This document shows positions 32,128-42,885 of a stretch of 64,000 nt of DNA, piece after piece. Numbering within the stretch: position 1 is the stretch's first letter; the number at the start of each line of letters is the position of its first letter. Origin of the DNA: Gammaproteobacteria bacterium (GTDB taxonomy: Bacteria; Pseudomonadota; Gammaproteobacteria; Eutrophobiales; Eutrophobiaceae). The notes beneath the pieces are model-generated. The model worked only from the letters and a program-made list of their open reading frames with translations. It did no database searches and was not told the origin of the DNA. Both the position numbers and the translations under genes were made by a program. Location of the stretch: NCBI GenBank assembly GCA_965238225.1, contig OZ250183.1, positions 288,001-352,000 of the forward strand, written 5' to 3'.

Positions 32128-32375
32128 GATGAATGATAAATCATTGTATCTTGATCAATTGATGAATGATAAATCTATTTGTGCATCAAAAAATAATAGA
32201 AATGATACATAAACCATTTTGTTACTCATTGATGAATGATAAATCTATTTGTGCATCAAAAAATAATAGAAATGATACATAAACCATTTTGTTACTCATT
32301 GATGAATGATAAATCTATTTGTGCATCAAAAAATTATAAATATAATATACAAATCTATTTATGAATGATAAAATC
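32128..32375. repeat. 70-bp tandem repeat (copies at 32161, 32231, partial 32301) plus shorter ATGAATGATAAA copies at 32128 and 32361
   Basis: Unit GATGAATGATAAATCTATTTGTGCATCAAAAAATAATAGAAATGATACATAAACCATTTTGTTACTCATT occurs twice exactly, then 33 bp of a third copy. Confidence 0.92.
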
Positions 32376-32401
32376 TTTTTTTTAATATAAAAGAAGGATT
32401 T

Positions 32402-33517
32402 ATGATGCCAGTAGATACGTCAAATTCTGTTTTATACCATCATGGTAAATTTCCACCCGCGCAATTGGATTATACCAAGCTGATTCAGCCCTTAACCAAG
32501 GCAACTACAGCATTATCTCGTTATGACCAAATGCTGAGAAATTTACATAATAGCGCCATATTGCTGGTTCCACTTAGACATCAAGAAGCAGTGTTTACAT
32601 CTAGAATGGAAGGCACGATCAGCACACTGGATGAAATATTAGAATATGACGCACAAGGCGATGACAAGATAACAAATGTTCGGGATGAGGCAATAGAGAC
32701 TTTTCTATATGCTCATTCGTTAAATAAAACACAAAAGGCAATGCAGGACGGACAAGAATTATCCGACTTTTTACTGCGTCAGGCACATCAAGCATTGTTG
32801 TCTCTTGGAAGGGGTGTAGATAAAAACCCAGGGCAATTTAAAACTGAACAGAATTATCTGACTGATGGAATTAGATCCAATGTGTCATTCACCCCAATTG
32901 CGCCTGAGCACTTGCAAGGCGGATTAGATACGTTGTTTCACTATATTAAAAACGATAGGCAAATCCCTTTGATTAAAGTCGCGCTTGCCCATGTGGAGTT
33001 TGAAGCCTTGCATCCGTTCAAAGACGGTAATGGTCGTATTGGCAGAATGTTAATTACTTTAATGCTTTGGTCGTATGGTTTGATTTCTGAGCCACATTTT
33101 TATATGAGTCATTATTTAGAGAAAAACAAAGATTTGTATATTAATAGAATGCTGGATGTTTCCAGAAACGATAACTGGGATGATTGGTGTGTATTTTTCT
33201 TTAATGCGGTGGAAGAACAAGCGATAAAAAATTTAGAGATCACAGAAAAAATACTTTGCCTGTATAACCAGATGAAAGATTTATTTTCGCAGGCTTTGTC
33301 TTCTAAATGGAGTGTGCAGGTATTGGATGTGATGTTTATAAACCCCATATTTAAAAATAATACTTTAACCAGAATATCAGGCGTATCAAAACAAAGCGCT
33401 AATAGATTTGCCCATGTTTTACTGAAAAAAGAACTAATTAAGATAATTAGAGAGCCATCTGGCAGTCGCGGTGCGATGTATTCATTTGAGCCTTTGTTAG
33501 AATTAGTAAGAGTTTAA
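32402..33517 (+). CDS. Fic family protein (N-terminal Fic/DOC region, probable C-terminal HTH)
   Basis: Catalytic motif [12 protein letters not shown]; [11 protein letters not shown]; RBS AAGGA. Confidence 0.92.
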   Translation: MMPVDTSNSVLYHHGKFPPAQLDYTKLIQPLTKATTALSRYDQMLRNLHNSAILLVPLRHQEAVFTSRMEGTISTLDEILEYDAQGDDKITNVRDEAIETFLYAHSLNKTQKAMQDGQELSDFLLRQAHQALLSLGRGVDKNPGQFKTEQNYLTDGIRSNVSFTPIAPEHLQGGLDTLFHYIKNDRQIPLIKVALAHVEFEALHPFKDGNGRIGRMLITLMLWSYGLISEPHFYMSHYLEKNKDLYINRMLDVSRNDNWDDWCVFFFNAVEEQAIKNLEITEKILCLYNQMKDLFSQALSSKWSVQVLDVMFINPIFKNNTLTRISGVSKQSANRFAHVLLKKELIKIIREPSGSRGAMYSFEPLLELVRV

Positions 33518-33518
33518 A

Positions 33519-36332
33519 ATGAAACATCAAAGCGAGGCGGCGCTGGAAAGCCAACTGATCACGCAGCTTCAATCACTTGAATATGAGCGTGTTGCTGTAA
33601 CGAATGAGAACGAACTACTTGCTAATCTTAAAACCCAATTAGAAAAACACAACAAAACATCATTTACTGCGAGTGAGTTTAAACGCATAACCAATCATCT
33701 TAATAAAGGCAATGTCTTTGAAAAAGCCAAGATTCTTAGAGACAAGTTTGCGCTGACTCGTGATGATGGTACGAATAGTTATATAGAGTTTCTAGACTCA
33801 GAGCATTGGTGTCAGAATCTGTTTCAAGTAACCAATCAAGTGACGATTGAGGGTACTTATAAGAACCGCTATGATGTCACACTCCTAATCAATGGCTTTC
33901 CACTGGTACAGATTGAACTCAAGCGCAGAGGCATAGAACTTAAGCAAGCGTTTAATCAGATTAACCGCTATCAAAAACATTCATTCCAGTCTAACAGTGC
34001 TTTGTTTGGCTATGTTCAGTTGTTTGTTATCTCCAATGGAGTCAATACCAAGTATTACGCCAACAACAAGAAACAATCGTTTAAGCAGACTTTCTTCTGG
34101 GCGGATGAAAATAACAAGAATATAACCAACCTTGAAGCCTTCACCTATGATTTTTTAGAGCGTTGTCACATCTCTAAGATGATATGTAAATACGTTGTAT
34201 TGGCTGAAACGGATAGGATACTAATGGTGTTGCGTCCGTATCAGTATTACGCAACTGAGGCGATTATTGACAGAGTCCAGAACTCTAATAAAAACGGCTA
34301 TGTCTGGCACACCACGGGCAGTGGTAAAACACTAACTTCCTTTAAGGCAGCACAGATATTAATGAAGCTGCCAGAGGTGTATAAGGTGGTGTTTGTTGTT
34401 GATAGGAAGGACTTAGACTATCAAACCACCAAGGAGTTCAACAGCTTTAGTGATGGCTCTGTAGATGGTACTGACAATACCCGTGCTTTGGTGAAGCAGT
34501 TTGGTGATGATACGCCGTTAATTGTTACCACCATTCAAAAGCTCAACACAGCCATTAGTAAAGAGCGCTACTTATCGACTATGGAGGGTTTAAAAGATAA
34601 GCCTTTAGTTTTTATCTTTGACGAGTGTCATCGCTCACAGTTCGGTGCGACACACCTTAGAATTACCAAGTTCTTCAACAACAACCAGATGGTTGGCTTT
34701 ACAGGCACACCTATCTTCCCTGAGAATGCGGTTGGTAACAAGATGGGCAAGCGAACCACCGCAGAGCTATTTGATGATTGTCTCCATAAGTATGTGATTA
34801 CCGATGCGATTAGTGATGACAATGTTCTAAAGTTCTCCATTGAGTACGTGGGTCGATACAAAGAGAAAGAGGGCGGCACAGTTTATGCGGATGTTGATGT
34901 TGAGAGTATTGATACCAAGGAGCTATTGGAGTCCAATGACAGGCTGAGCAAGATTACTGATTATATTGTTGCTAATCACAATAGAAAGACTCACGACAAG
35001 GCGTTCACTGCAATGATGGCAGTTGGCAGCATTGATGCCTTAACCAAGTACTATGAGTTATTCAAAGCCAAGCAGCACGATTTAAAGATTGCGACTATCT
35101 TTAGTTATAGCGCCAATGAGGACGACAAAGATGCCGATGGCTTGTATGACTCAGACGGCGTTAATGTCAACGAAGACAACATAAATCAGCACAGTAGAGA
35201 CAAGCTAGAGCGCTATATTTCTGACTACAATAAGTTATTCAACACCAGATATACCACCAGAGATTCGCAGAGTTATTACAACTACTACAACGACATATCC
35301 AAGCGAGTAAAGCGTCGTGAGATTGATTTGTTGTTGGTGGTAAATATGTTCTTAACAGGCTTTGACGCGCCAATGCTCAATACCTTGTATATTGATAAGA
35401 ATCTAAAGTATCACGGGCTGATTCAAGCATTCTCAAGAACCAATAGAATTGTTAATGAGAAGAAGTCACAGGGTAATATCGTTAGCTTTAGAAACCTAAA
35501 AGACGCTACTGATGAGGCGATTGCGCTGTTCTCAAATAAGGAGGCTAAAGACATTATCTTAATGAAGCCTTATGAGGAATATGTGAAGCTGTTTAATGAG
35601 GCGTTTATCAATTTAACAAACATCGCACCAAGCGTGAGCAGTGTTGATGGTTTAACTAATGAAGATGAGCAGTTAGAGTTTATTAAAGCGTTCAGAGAGT
35701 TGATGCGCTTGAAGAATGTGTTGAGCGGATTTAGTGACTTTAACTTCTCAGACTTATCGATGGGTGAGCAGCAGTTTGAAGATTACAAGTCGAAGTATCT
35801 TGATCTGTATGAACAGGTGAAGAGCAACAAAGAAGTTGAGAAAGTATCCATTCTTGATGAAGTGGACTTTGAGCTTGAGTTAATCCACAAGGATGAGATT
35901 AACGTGGCGTACATCTTGCGCTTGCTTGCTAAGTACCGTGAAAGTGATACAGCCAAGTACGCTGAGCATAGAAAGAACATTATTAATATCGTTGCTGGGC
36001 AAGAGCATTTGCGTTCCAAGCGTGAGCTGATTGAAGAGTTTATTGATTCGCATTTGATGGGTATTGCTGTTGATGACATTGATGATGAGTTTGAGAAGTT
36101 CTGGGAAGAGCAAAAGGTGGGCGAGTTTGGGATACTGTGTGAAGAAGAAGGCTTGCACGAGGAAGAGGTTAGAGCTGTGGTTGAGACTTATCTATACGAC
36201 CAGCGTAAACCACTGTTAGATGATATTGCTAAAACATTACAGACCAAACCAAAGCTATTTGAACGCAAGAAAATTATTACAAAAGTGCTTGATAAGATTA
36301 TGGGACATATTGAGAAATTTTATGAATTGTAG
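33519..36332 (+). CDS. hsdR: Type I R-M restriction subunit
   Basis: RYDV...IELK nuclease motif, [34 protein letters not shown]. Confidence 0.96.
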   Translation: MKHQSEAALESQLITQLQSLEYERVAVTNENELLANLKTQLEKHNKTSFTASEFKRITNHLNKGNVFEKAKILRDKFALTRDDGTNSYIEFLDSEHWCQNLFQVTNQVTIEGTYKNRYDVTLLINGFPLVQIELKRRGIELKQAFNQINRYQKHSFQSNSALFGYVQLFVISNGVNTKYYANNKKQSFKQTFFWADENNKNITNLEAFTYDFLERCHISKMICKYVVLAETDRILMVLRPYQYYATEAIIDRVQNSNKNGYVWHTTGSGKTLTSFKAAQILMKLPEVYKVVFVVDRKDLDYQTTKEFNSFSDGSVDGTDNTRALVKQFGDDTPLIVTTIQKLNTAISKERYLSTMEGLKDKPLVFIFDECHRSQFGATHLRITKFFNNNQMVGFTGTPIFPENAVGNKMGKRTTAELFDDCLHKYVITDAISDDNVLKFSIEYVGRYKEKEGGTVYADVDVESIDTKELLESNDRLSKITDYIVANHNRKTHDKAFTAMMAVGSIDALTKYYELFKAKQHDLKIATIFSYSANEDDKDADGLYDSDGVNVNEDNINQHSRDKLERYISDYNKLFNTRYTTRDSQSYYNYYNDISKRVKRREIDLLLVVNMFLTGFDAPMLNTLYIDKNLKYHGLIQAFSRTNRIVNEKKSQGNIVSFRNLKDATDEAIALFSNKEAKDIILMKPYEEYVKLFNEAFINLTNIAPSVSSVDGLTNEDEQLEFIKAFRELMRLKNVLSGFSDFNFSDLSMGEQQFEDYKSKYLDLYEQVKSNKEVEKVSILDEVDFELELIHKDEINVAYILRLLAKYRESDTAKYAEHRKNIINIVAGQEHLRSKRELIEEFIDSHLMGIAVDDIDDEFEKFWEEQKVGEFGILCEEEGLHEEEVRAVVETYLYDQRKPLLDDIAKTLQTKPKLFERKKIITKVLDKIMGHIEKFYEL

Positions 36333-36594
36333 TGTGATGGGTGAGTATCTTATAGATGGCTCTAATATAAAAAGAGCACAGATTAGCTTGAGCAGATGAA
36401 AAAATTACGCCTTAGCGTTTGTAATATTAGAATTAACTGAAAACACCAACTAAAACCTTAAGCTCTTAACTTTATTGTTTTATTGGGTCTAAAGGCTAAC
36501 ACAAGCCCCTAAATATTTTGTATATGTCCGCATTTTATGATAAATTTATAAAGATAGAAATGGTTTTGAAAGTTGTTCTTTATACCGACCCCAG

Positions 36595-36622
36595 TAACAA
36601 TAGTTATTTAACAATAGTTATT
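36595..36622 (+). promoter_or_regulatory. 14-bp tandem direct repeat (TAACAATAGTTATT x2), possible operator
   Basis: Exact duplication about 30 bp upstream of the 62-aa ORF; each unit contains a TAAC-N4-GTTA dyad. Confidence 0.4.
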
Positions 36623-36651
36623 CCATAACACCAAAATAATAGGAATTTATT

Positions 36652-36840
36652 ATGCCAGAAAATACTAGAATTACTAGCCCGATTGAAATCAAGGATAATT
36701 CAAGAGAAAGTGTGGCTCTTGAACTTACAAGAGCCATAGCCCACGCAGAAAAATTATTTGATATTCCAAACGAATACCGCAAAAAATTACTAGATTTATA
36801 TGCAGAATGTTTGGATGCAACTAATGGATCTAGAAATTAG
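36652..36840 (+). CDS. Small hypothetical protein (62 aa)
   Basis: RBS AGGA and a protein-like amphipathic sequence (RESVALEL...LLDLYAECLDA). Confidence 0.7.
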   Translation: MPENTRITSPIEIKDNSRESVALELTRAIAHAEKLFDIPNEYRKKLLDLYAECLDATNGSRN

Positions 36841-36915
36841 AGAGTAGTTGAAATAATTTTAAAAACACCTGATAAATCATCCCAGCGGAAATCTGGCTAT
36901 TGCACTGGCTTGACA

Positions 36916-37791
36916 TTACATTTTTGTAGATAAATATCTTTGCCAATAGATAATGGCCAAAATTAGAAGCAAGGAGAAGGACAAATACCCCATCGTGGGG
37001 TTAATTTGGTTAACCAGAAAATCAAATTGACTTGCGTTGACATACTCACTAAATCTACCCGTTATTTTAACTGTCATGACTATGCCAGCGTGAACACCAA
37101 TGCATAGGGCAATATTACCATTACGTAGACGCATCATTGATAACAGTACGCCTAAAGCAAGCAAAGTCAGAAAGTGATCGATAATATTAAGATAAGAAAA
37201 TTTATAAAGTGCATCTGGTAACATTTCTATGCCTGTGCTCCAGGTAATTTCCGATCCTTCTGGCAGTTTTTTGTATTTAAAGAAATGGACTGCTGCATAA
37301 ACAAAGCTGGTGAGTGATATAGCAATTAAGGCGCTGGTTTTTTTATACAAGCCGCTAAATAATGCACCACGAAAGATAGTCTCTTCGATAAATGCAACCG
37401 CAAAACCCGCCAAGATGGCTTGAATAAATATCAGAAATAGATTAGACAAAAAATAATCCAGATTTGGTTTTATTTGATGAACACCAGATAGGATTAAGAT
37501 TAATTTCAGGGATGCAAAAATCAAGACCCCAACAAAAAATCCTCGCAGTAATTCTTTTAAGAAAATATTCTTTGCAAGCCCAAAACCAAATGCTTGCCTT
37601 GAATATATTTGGTTATATTTTAAATAGATGCCGCTTCCAATAAAACCGCAAAGCAAGGTTGTGTAGTGGGCTAATTTGTGAAAAGGCAAATCAATAAAAT
37701 TTTTTAAAGCGAGGTGTATAGGATACGTCAGCAATGGGCTGATTGTGATGATAAGAAAAATAAGGATGAAAAAAAACAAAATGGGACGCAT
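36916..37791 (-). CDS. CPBP/Abi family intramembrane metalloprotease
   Basis: Multi-TM; EETIFRG, YAAVH, IGVHAG. Confidence 0.88.
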   Translation of the reverse strand: MRPILFFFILIFLIITISPLLTYPIHLALKNFIDLPFHKLAHYTTLLCGFIGSGIYLKYNQIYSRQAFGFGLAKNIFLKELLRGFFVGVLIFASLKLILILSGVHQIKPNLDYFLSNLFLIFIQAILAGFAVAFIEETIFRGALFSGLYKKTSALIAISLTSFVYAAVHFFKYKKLPEGSEITWSTGIEMLPDALYKFSYLNIIDHFLTLLALGVLLSMMRLRNGNIALCIGVHAGIVMTVKITGRFSEYVNASQFDFLVNQINPTMGYLSFSLLLILAIIYWQRYLSTKM

Positions 37792-37836
37792 GAAGGAGAA
37801 TAAATCTTGAAATTATATTGTAAATTTAAGAGTATT

Positions 37837-38198
37837 TTATTGTATCACAGCCTCTCTTGATTCTGCACCATCACCATTGTCTTGCCAGCTTATACGAATA
37901 GTGTCGCCTGATCTTGCGCCCATGAAAGAAAACGACAAATACGGATTTTTTGAAACAGCGCGACTCCAGTCACATGTCATAATGACTTTATCATTATGAT
38001 TTATGGTCACTACTGGGAGTGACTCCAAGTCCTGGGAAAAATTCTGATAGAGCATCTGTTTTTGTTTCTGCGTTAAATGAATTTATATGCCAATTGGCAA
38101 AGGCTAAGATAGGCTTTAATAGGCTGCTCACTCTGGCAGCAATAAAGGCGGCATCTCACGTCATTTGTGAAACAAAAATTTTGCGTGTTAATGTGCAT
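37837..38198 (-). pseudogene. soxY(5')::soxZ(3') deletion-fusion relic
   Basis: 38198-38012 reads LTRKIFV...(stop)...AAFIAA..LLKPILAFANWHINSFNAETKTDALSEFFPG (SoxY Tat signal and N-terminus). 38011-37837 reads VTINHNDKVIMTCDWSRAVSKNPYLSFSF.GA.SGDTIRISWQDN (SoxZ C-terminus). Confidence 0.75.
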
Positions 38199-38242
38199 GG
38201 TTATATTTGATTTTTAAGAATCAATTAAATTTTTTTATTCCT

Positions 38243-39688
38243 CTATATTTTGAGGTCTTTTTCAAGATCAATTTCATATTTCAGTTCATCCAATCTTGCC
38301 GTGATGATTTCCCTTTGATAATAATTAAGATAGTTATTTCTTTTTGTATGAAGGAGTTTTTCTATAGCGAGTTTGGTATCACCAGCAAGATAATGATATT
38401 CTGCTTTGGCAATCCCTGAATTTGTCATTGATCCACTTTGTGCCTCAGCTTGCGAGAGCAAATTATAATAATCAGGATCATGATCTTGTATATGGCGGTA
38501 GTGGTTTAATATATTACGTGCCTGCTGTGGTTTTTTGGAATCCAATAATGCTTTTGTGTAGGCAAAAACCAGTGGTCTGTAGTCTGGATATAACTTATAG
38601 GCATTTCGCAAAATGCTGATAGCTGCATTATAATTTCTCTCTTCTGATTCAATGCTTGCAGCAGCGAGTATGTAAGTGATGTTATCTCTATCTTTAACCA
38701 ATAAAAAATTTAGTTGCTCGCGTGCTAGGTTATAGGTGCCATTGTTTATTAGTGCTAATACATAGCCATAACGAACAGGAATTTTATGTTCTTCAAGGGT
38801 GGTTGATAAACGATATTTGAATTCTTTTACTGCATCCTTGGTATTTTTGTAACTGTTAACTTCAAGTTTTGATTTTACCAATTTATAACTATCGGTATTT
38901 ACATGGTTTACTTTTTTATATTTTGATGCTCTGGCTTTTGCCTCAGCAATACGCGAGGCTGTCAGCGGGTGGGTTCTGAGAAATTCGGGGGCATTGCCTT
39001 GATAGTATTCTGATTTTTGTTGTAAGCGCTCAAAAAAACTTGGCATACCCTGTGGATCGTAACCAGAACGCCCAAGCAGTTGCATACCGATACGGTCTGC
39101 TTCTTCTTCATTTGCACGGGTAAAATTAATTTGTGCTTGAATATTTGCGCCAGCGACAACAGTCAAAGCCGCTTTTCCTGCCTCTGGGTTTGCAACAGTT
39201 AATAATATTGCTCCAAGCATCATAGCTGCTTTTGCTAAACCGTACTGTCCTGCTTTTTCAAATTGCCTGGCCAAGTGTCTTTGTGTAACGTGGGTAACTT
39301 CATGTGCCAGAACACCTGCCAGTTCATTTTCGTTTCTTGAGCTTAGAATTGTGCCACTATTTATGCCGATAATGCCTCCTGGCGCAGCAAAAGCATTGAT
39401 GTTTGGGTTATCAACAACAAAGAAAGTAAATTTCAAGCTATTATTGTCACTGTTAGCGACCAATCGATAGCCAATTGAGTCGATATATGTTTGTACTTCC
39501 GGATCATCTATTATGGTGGCGTTCTGTCTAACGTTACGCATGAAGGCCTTGCCAAGACGCCGTTCAAATTCTGGCGATATGGCGCTACCTGATGAATCAC
39601 CTATATCAGGCAAATCAAACGAGTCGACAGCCTGACTAATATTGCTTGTTAGCAACAGGAGTACAAGAATGTAATAATTAAATTTCAT
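38243..39688 (-). CDS. bepA: M48 family TPR metalloprotease BepA/YfgC
   Basis: LPDIGD, INAFAAPGG, HEVTH, NFTRANEEEADRIG, FLRTHP, TPR C-terminus. Confidence 0.88.
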   Translation of the reverse strand: MKFNYYILVLLLLTSNISQAVDSFDLPDIGDSSGSAISPEFERRLGKAFMRNVRQNATIIDDPEVQTYIDSIGYRLVANSDNNSLKFTFFVVDNPNINAFAAPGGIIGINSGTILSSRNENELAGVLAHEVTHVTQRHLARQFEKAGQYGLAKAAMMLGAILLTVANPEAGKAALTVVAGANIQAQINFTRANEEEADRIGMQLLGRSGYDPQGMPSFFERLQQKSEYYQGNAPEFLRTHPLTASRIAEAKARASKYKKVNHVNTDSYKLVKSKLEVNSYKNTKDAVKEFKYRLSTTLEEHKIPVRYGYVLALINNGTYNLAREQLNFLLVKDRDNITYILAAASIESEERNYNAAISILRNAYKLYPDYRPLVFAYTKALLDSKKPQQARNILNHYRHIQDHDPDYYNLLSQAEAQSGSMTNSGIAKAEYHYLAGDTKLAIEKLLHTKRNNYLNYYQREIITARLDELKYEIDLEKDLKI

Positions 39689-39825
39689 TGGTAGCTTTGA
39701 GTATATTTTATTTTACAATTTCCGTTCAAATAAATATGAGATTTCAAATATAGAAATGTCTTTATAGGCTATCGTAGGAACAATACCAGTCTATTTCCAC
39801 AAATTATAGGATAATTAATAATCTA

Positions 39826-41091
39826 ATGAGTGAAAGGAAAAATGCTTTTTATGCGCAGTCAGGGGGCGTTACCTCTGTAATTAATGCTACGGCTTGTGGC
39901 GTTATTGAAACTGCACGCTACCATAATGACAAGATTGCTAACGTTTACGCAGGACGCAATGGTATTATTGGTGCACTAACCGAAGAGCTTATTGATACAG
40001 GCAAAGAGTCCGGCGATGCGATTGCGGCACTACGATATACGCCATCTGGTGCCTTTGGTTCCTGTCGTTATAAGCTACAAGACCTTGAAGAAAACAAGGC
40101 TAAATACAAACGTTTGATTGAAGTATTTAGAGCGCACGATATTGGCTATTTCTTTTATAATGGCGGCGGAGATTCCGTTGATACCTGCTACAAGATTTCC
40201 CAACTTTCAGAAAAGATGAATCTCCCAATGCAAGTAATTCATATTCCAAAGACGGTAGATAATGATTTATCTATCACGGATAACTGCCCGGGCTTTGGTT
40301 CTGTTGCTAAATATGTCGCTGTCTCAACCCGTGAGGCTTCTTACGATGTGTTGTCTATGGCCAAAACCTCAACCAAGGTTTTTGTTTTTGAGGTGATGGG
40401 TCGGCACGCAGGCTGGATTGCCGCTGCCGGAGGATTGGCATCTGATGGAGAAAATGATATTCCTGTTGTCATATTATTTCCAGAGGTAGAGTTTAATAAA
40501 GAACGTTTTCTATCATGCGTGAAGAAGAACGTTGAAAGTTACGGTTACTGCACTGTTGTTGTGTCTGAAGGTGTAAAGTGGTCAGATGGAAAGTTTCTTT
40601 CAGAACAAGGCATGCGAGATTCTTTTGGTCATGCCCAACTAGGCGGTGTTGCTCCTGTGATCGCCAATATGATTAAAGATGCCTATGGTTATAAATATCA
40701 TTGGGCAGTGGCAGATTATTTACAACGTTCTGCCAGACATATCGCTTCGAAAACTGATGTTGAACAAGCTTATGCGCTTGGCAAGGCAGCGGTTGAGATG
40801 GTGCTTGCTGGTGAGGATGCCGTTATGCCTACGATAGTTCGTACATCAAATGATCCTTATACATGGGAAGTAGGTAAAACGGATTTGGCTGGTGTTGCTA
40901 ATATCGAGAAGATGGTGCCTCTTGAATATATAAGCGAAGATGGTTTTGGAATTACGGATGCGTGTAGACGTTATTTGACACCGCTCATTGAGGGTGAGGA
41001 TTATCCGCCTTATGAGAACGGCATGCCGAAGTATGTTCGGCTGAAAAATGAAGCAGTTGCTAAGAAGTTAAAGACCGAGTTTAAGGTTTGA
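39826..41091 (+). CDS. pfp: 6-phosphofructokinase, probably PPi-dependent
   Basis: QSGG, NGGGDS, PKTVDND, MGRHAGW. Asp in GGGD and Lys in PKT are the PPi-type signature. Confidence 0.85.
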   Translation: MSERKNAFYAQSGGVTSVINATACGVIETARYHNDKIANVYAGRNGIIGALTEELIDTGKESGDAIAALRYTPSGAFGSCRYKLQDLEENKAKYKRLIEVFRAHDIGYFFYNGGGDSVDTCYKISQLSEKMNLPMQVIHIPKTVDNDLSITDNCPGFGSVAKYVAVSTREASYDVLSMAKTSTKVFVFEVMGRHAGWIAAAGGLASDGENDIPVVILFPEVEFNKERFLSCVKKNVESYGYCTVVVSEGVKWSDGKFLSEQGMRDSFGHAQLGGVAPVIANMIKDAYGYKYHWAVADYLQRSARHIASKTDVEQAYALGKAAVEMVLAGEDAVMPTIVRTSNDPYTWEVGKTDLAGVANIEKMVPLEYISEDGFGITDACRRYLTPLIEGEDYPPYENGMPKYVRLKNEAVAKKLKTEFKV

Positions 41092-41218
41092 CAAATAGTC
41101 CTGTCGTGTGTGGCGCTCGTCACATCAGCCTTTTTGACTGCATTAATGTAATCGGTAGAACGACGCAGGAAGTCGAAACCAAGAGCCAATATCCAGTCAA
41201 TAATCAATATCTTTTTCT

Positions 41219-42034
41219 TTACCTTTGACAAACGGAGCAATAAAAAGAAGAACGCTGTCCGAGTTTGATTTCTTTTATTTTTGATGCGCATTTTGGGCAA
41301 GGCTTGTTTTTCCTTGCGTAGACATTTAATTGTTGTTGAAAATATCCAGGCTTGCCATCTTCGTTCACAAAATCACGCAATGTTGTACCGCCTTGTTTGA
41401 TTGCTTGTTTTAATACGTTTTTTATCGTACTTGCAAGCAGTTTATAACGCTGTTTTGATATATTTCCCGCTTTTCGTTTTGGGTTTATAGCAGAGAGAAA
41501 TAAAGATTCATTGGCGTATATATTGCCGACACCGACAACATGATGGCTATCCATAATAAAATTTTTGATGGCTTGTGTTCTACCTTTTGATCTTTTATAC
41601 AGCCATTCTCCGTTAAAATATCTGCTTAATGGTTCTGGACCAAGATCTTTAATTAATTTATGTTGTAGTGGATCGTTCTTAGTCCAGAGGATCGATCCAA
41701 ATCTACGCGGATCATGAAAACGAAGCATGTTGCCCGATGCAAATAGAATATCAAAATGATCATGTTTTTCTGGTTTTATATCTGAGCTTACGATGCGCAG
41801 GTTACCCGACATACCCAAGTGCATAATCATACATCCGCTGTCTGTATAACAAAGTAGGTATTTCCCACGTCTGTCTATCTTCTGAAATTGTGTGTTTAAT
41901 ATATATTTCTTAAGTGTGTTTGTTATTGGCCAACGTAAGTTTTTATTGCGGATGACAACACCTTTTATCACTTGTCCCGTGATATGAGGCGTGATGCCTA
42001 ATCGGATAGTTTCGACCTCTGGCAATTCTGGCAT
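41219..42034 (-). CDS. mutM: Formamidopyrimidine-DNA glycosylase
   Basis: MPELPEVET, HLGMSG, GVGNIYA, C-terminal zinc finger. Confidence 0.97.
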   Translation of the reverse strand: MPELPEVETIRLGITPHITGQVIKGVVIRNKNLRWPITNTLKKYILNTQFQKIDRRGKYLLCYTDSGCMIMHLGMSGNLRIVSSDIKPEKHDHFDILFASGNMLRFHDPRRFGSILWTKNDPLQHKLIKDLGPEPLSRYFNGEWLYKRSKGRTQAIKNFIMDSHHVVGVGNIYANESLFLSAINPKRKAGNISKQRYKLLASTIKNVLKQAIKQGGTTLRDFVNEDGKPGYFQQQLNVYARKNKPCPKCASKIKEIKLGQRSSFYCSVCQR

Positions 42035-42041
42035 ATGCTAC

Positions 42042-42878
42042 TCAGATTGTTTCGTTGTTTTTAGTTGCTGGTTTTTCAGGAAACAGGCTACCTGAAACGG
42101 TATTGCTAATATGATATTGAATGGCTTTCTCTGGTCTGGCAAGGATTAGATTTGGTCTGTTGGAAATAATAATGAACTCAATCAACTCGCTTGTGCCAAG
42201 CTCTATTTTTATGGTGTCGATAGCTTCAATTTCTTCATATTTGCGAACGGAAACCGATTCTACTTTTTTCCATGAATTAATAATTTGTTTATGCGCATCG
42301 GATAGCGCCTTATCCTTAGTATTTTTAATATTTAGTTCAGGCAGTTGGATGCTCTTTATCGAAGTATCAGGAGGAAGTAATTTTGCGCTGAGGAAAAAAA
42401 TCGCAGAAGCTTGTAGCTGATGGAAGAGGCCAGCGTTAATAATATGTACAGTATCTTTTATTAGTACGTAACGTAATTTTTCCTCCAGAGGGTTGGTATC
42501 TCCAAAGGCAATATGTGTATCATTCAACACTATAGAAACTCTGGGCACTGCCAATATATAAGGCGTTAAGTCGTTGTCTGGTGCGCTAAAACTAGCATAG
42601 CTATGAGCCCCCAACAGCCTTAACATTACCCTGATTCGTGCAGGGTTTGCTGGCAATTTAAACGGACTTTGCATGATCCAGTTACCCGCTTGCTTTTGAA
42701 AAATGATATCGTCCAGATTGCGTCTTTCTATATGAATGGTGTGAATGCTATCGGGTTCAATATCCGTCAAAGTAACTTCGGGTTCAACAATTTCTTCACT
42801 TTCACCTAGGTTTAAAAATATTGCTAGGGAAATGACACAAAGAAAAATAAATAAATTGATAAAAAAACGTAGTCGCAT
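42042..42878 (-). CDS. DUF4340 domain protein (Gld-like ABC operon)
   Basis: N-terminal TM, WIMQSPFKLPA, FGDTNP..RYV; last gene of the operon. Confidence 0.7.
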   Translation of the reverse strand: MRLRFFINLFIFLCVISLAIFLNLGESEEIVEPEVTLTDIEPDSIHTIHIERRNLDDIIFQKQAGNWIMQSPFKLPANPARIRVMLRLLGAHSYASFSAPDNDLTPYILAVPRVSIVLNDTHIAFGDTNPLEEKLRYVLIKDTVHIINAGLFHQLQASAIFFLSAKLLPPDTSIKSIQLPELNIKNTKDKALSDAHKQIINSWKKVESVSVRKYEEIEAIDTIKIELGTSELIEFIIISNRPNLILARPEKAIQYHISNTVSGSLFPEKPATKNNETI

Positions 42879-42885
42879 GGAAGGG

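Larger units (their letters stand above)
29037..36900. mobile_element. tRNA-adjacent defence island (type I R-M + Fic + small ORF), no integrase seen
   Basis: Accessory genes directly 3' of tRNA-Lys with AT-rich flanks. No integrase or att duplication found, so boundaries are approximate. Confidence 0.5.

Noticed and set aside
32128-32375. CRISPR array
   Set aside because: The units are head-to-tail identical with no unique spacers, and no cas genes are nearby.
36580-36600. attR copy of the tRNA-Lys 3' end (CCGACCCC)
   Set aside because: Only about 6 bp match, which is expected by chance; no integrase is present.
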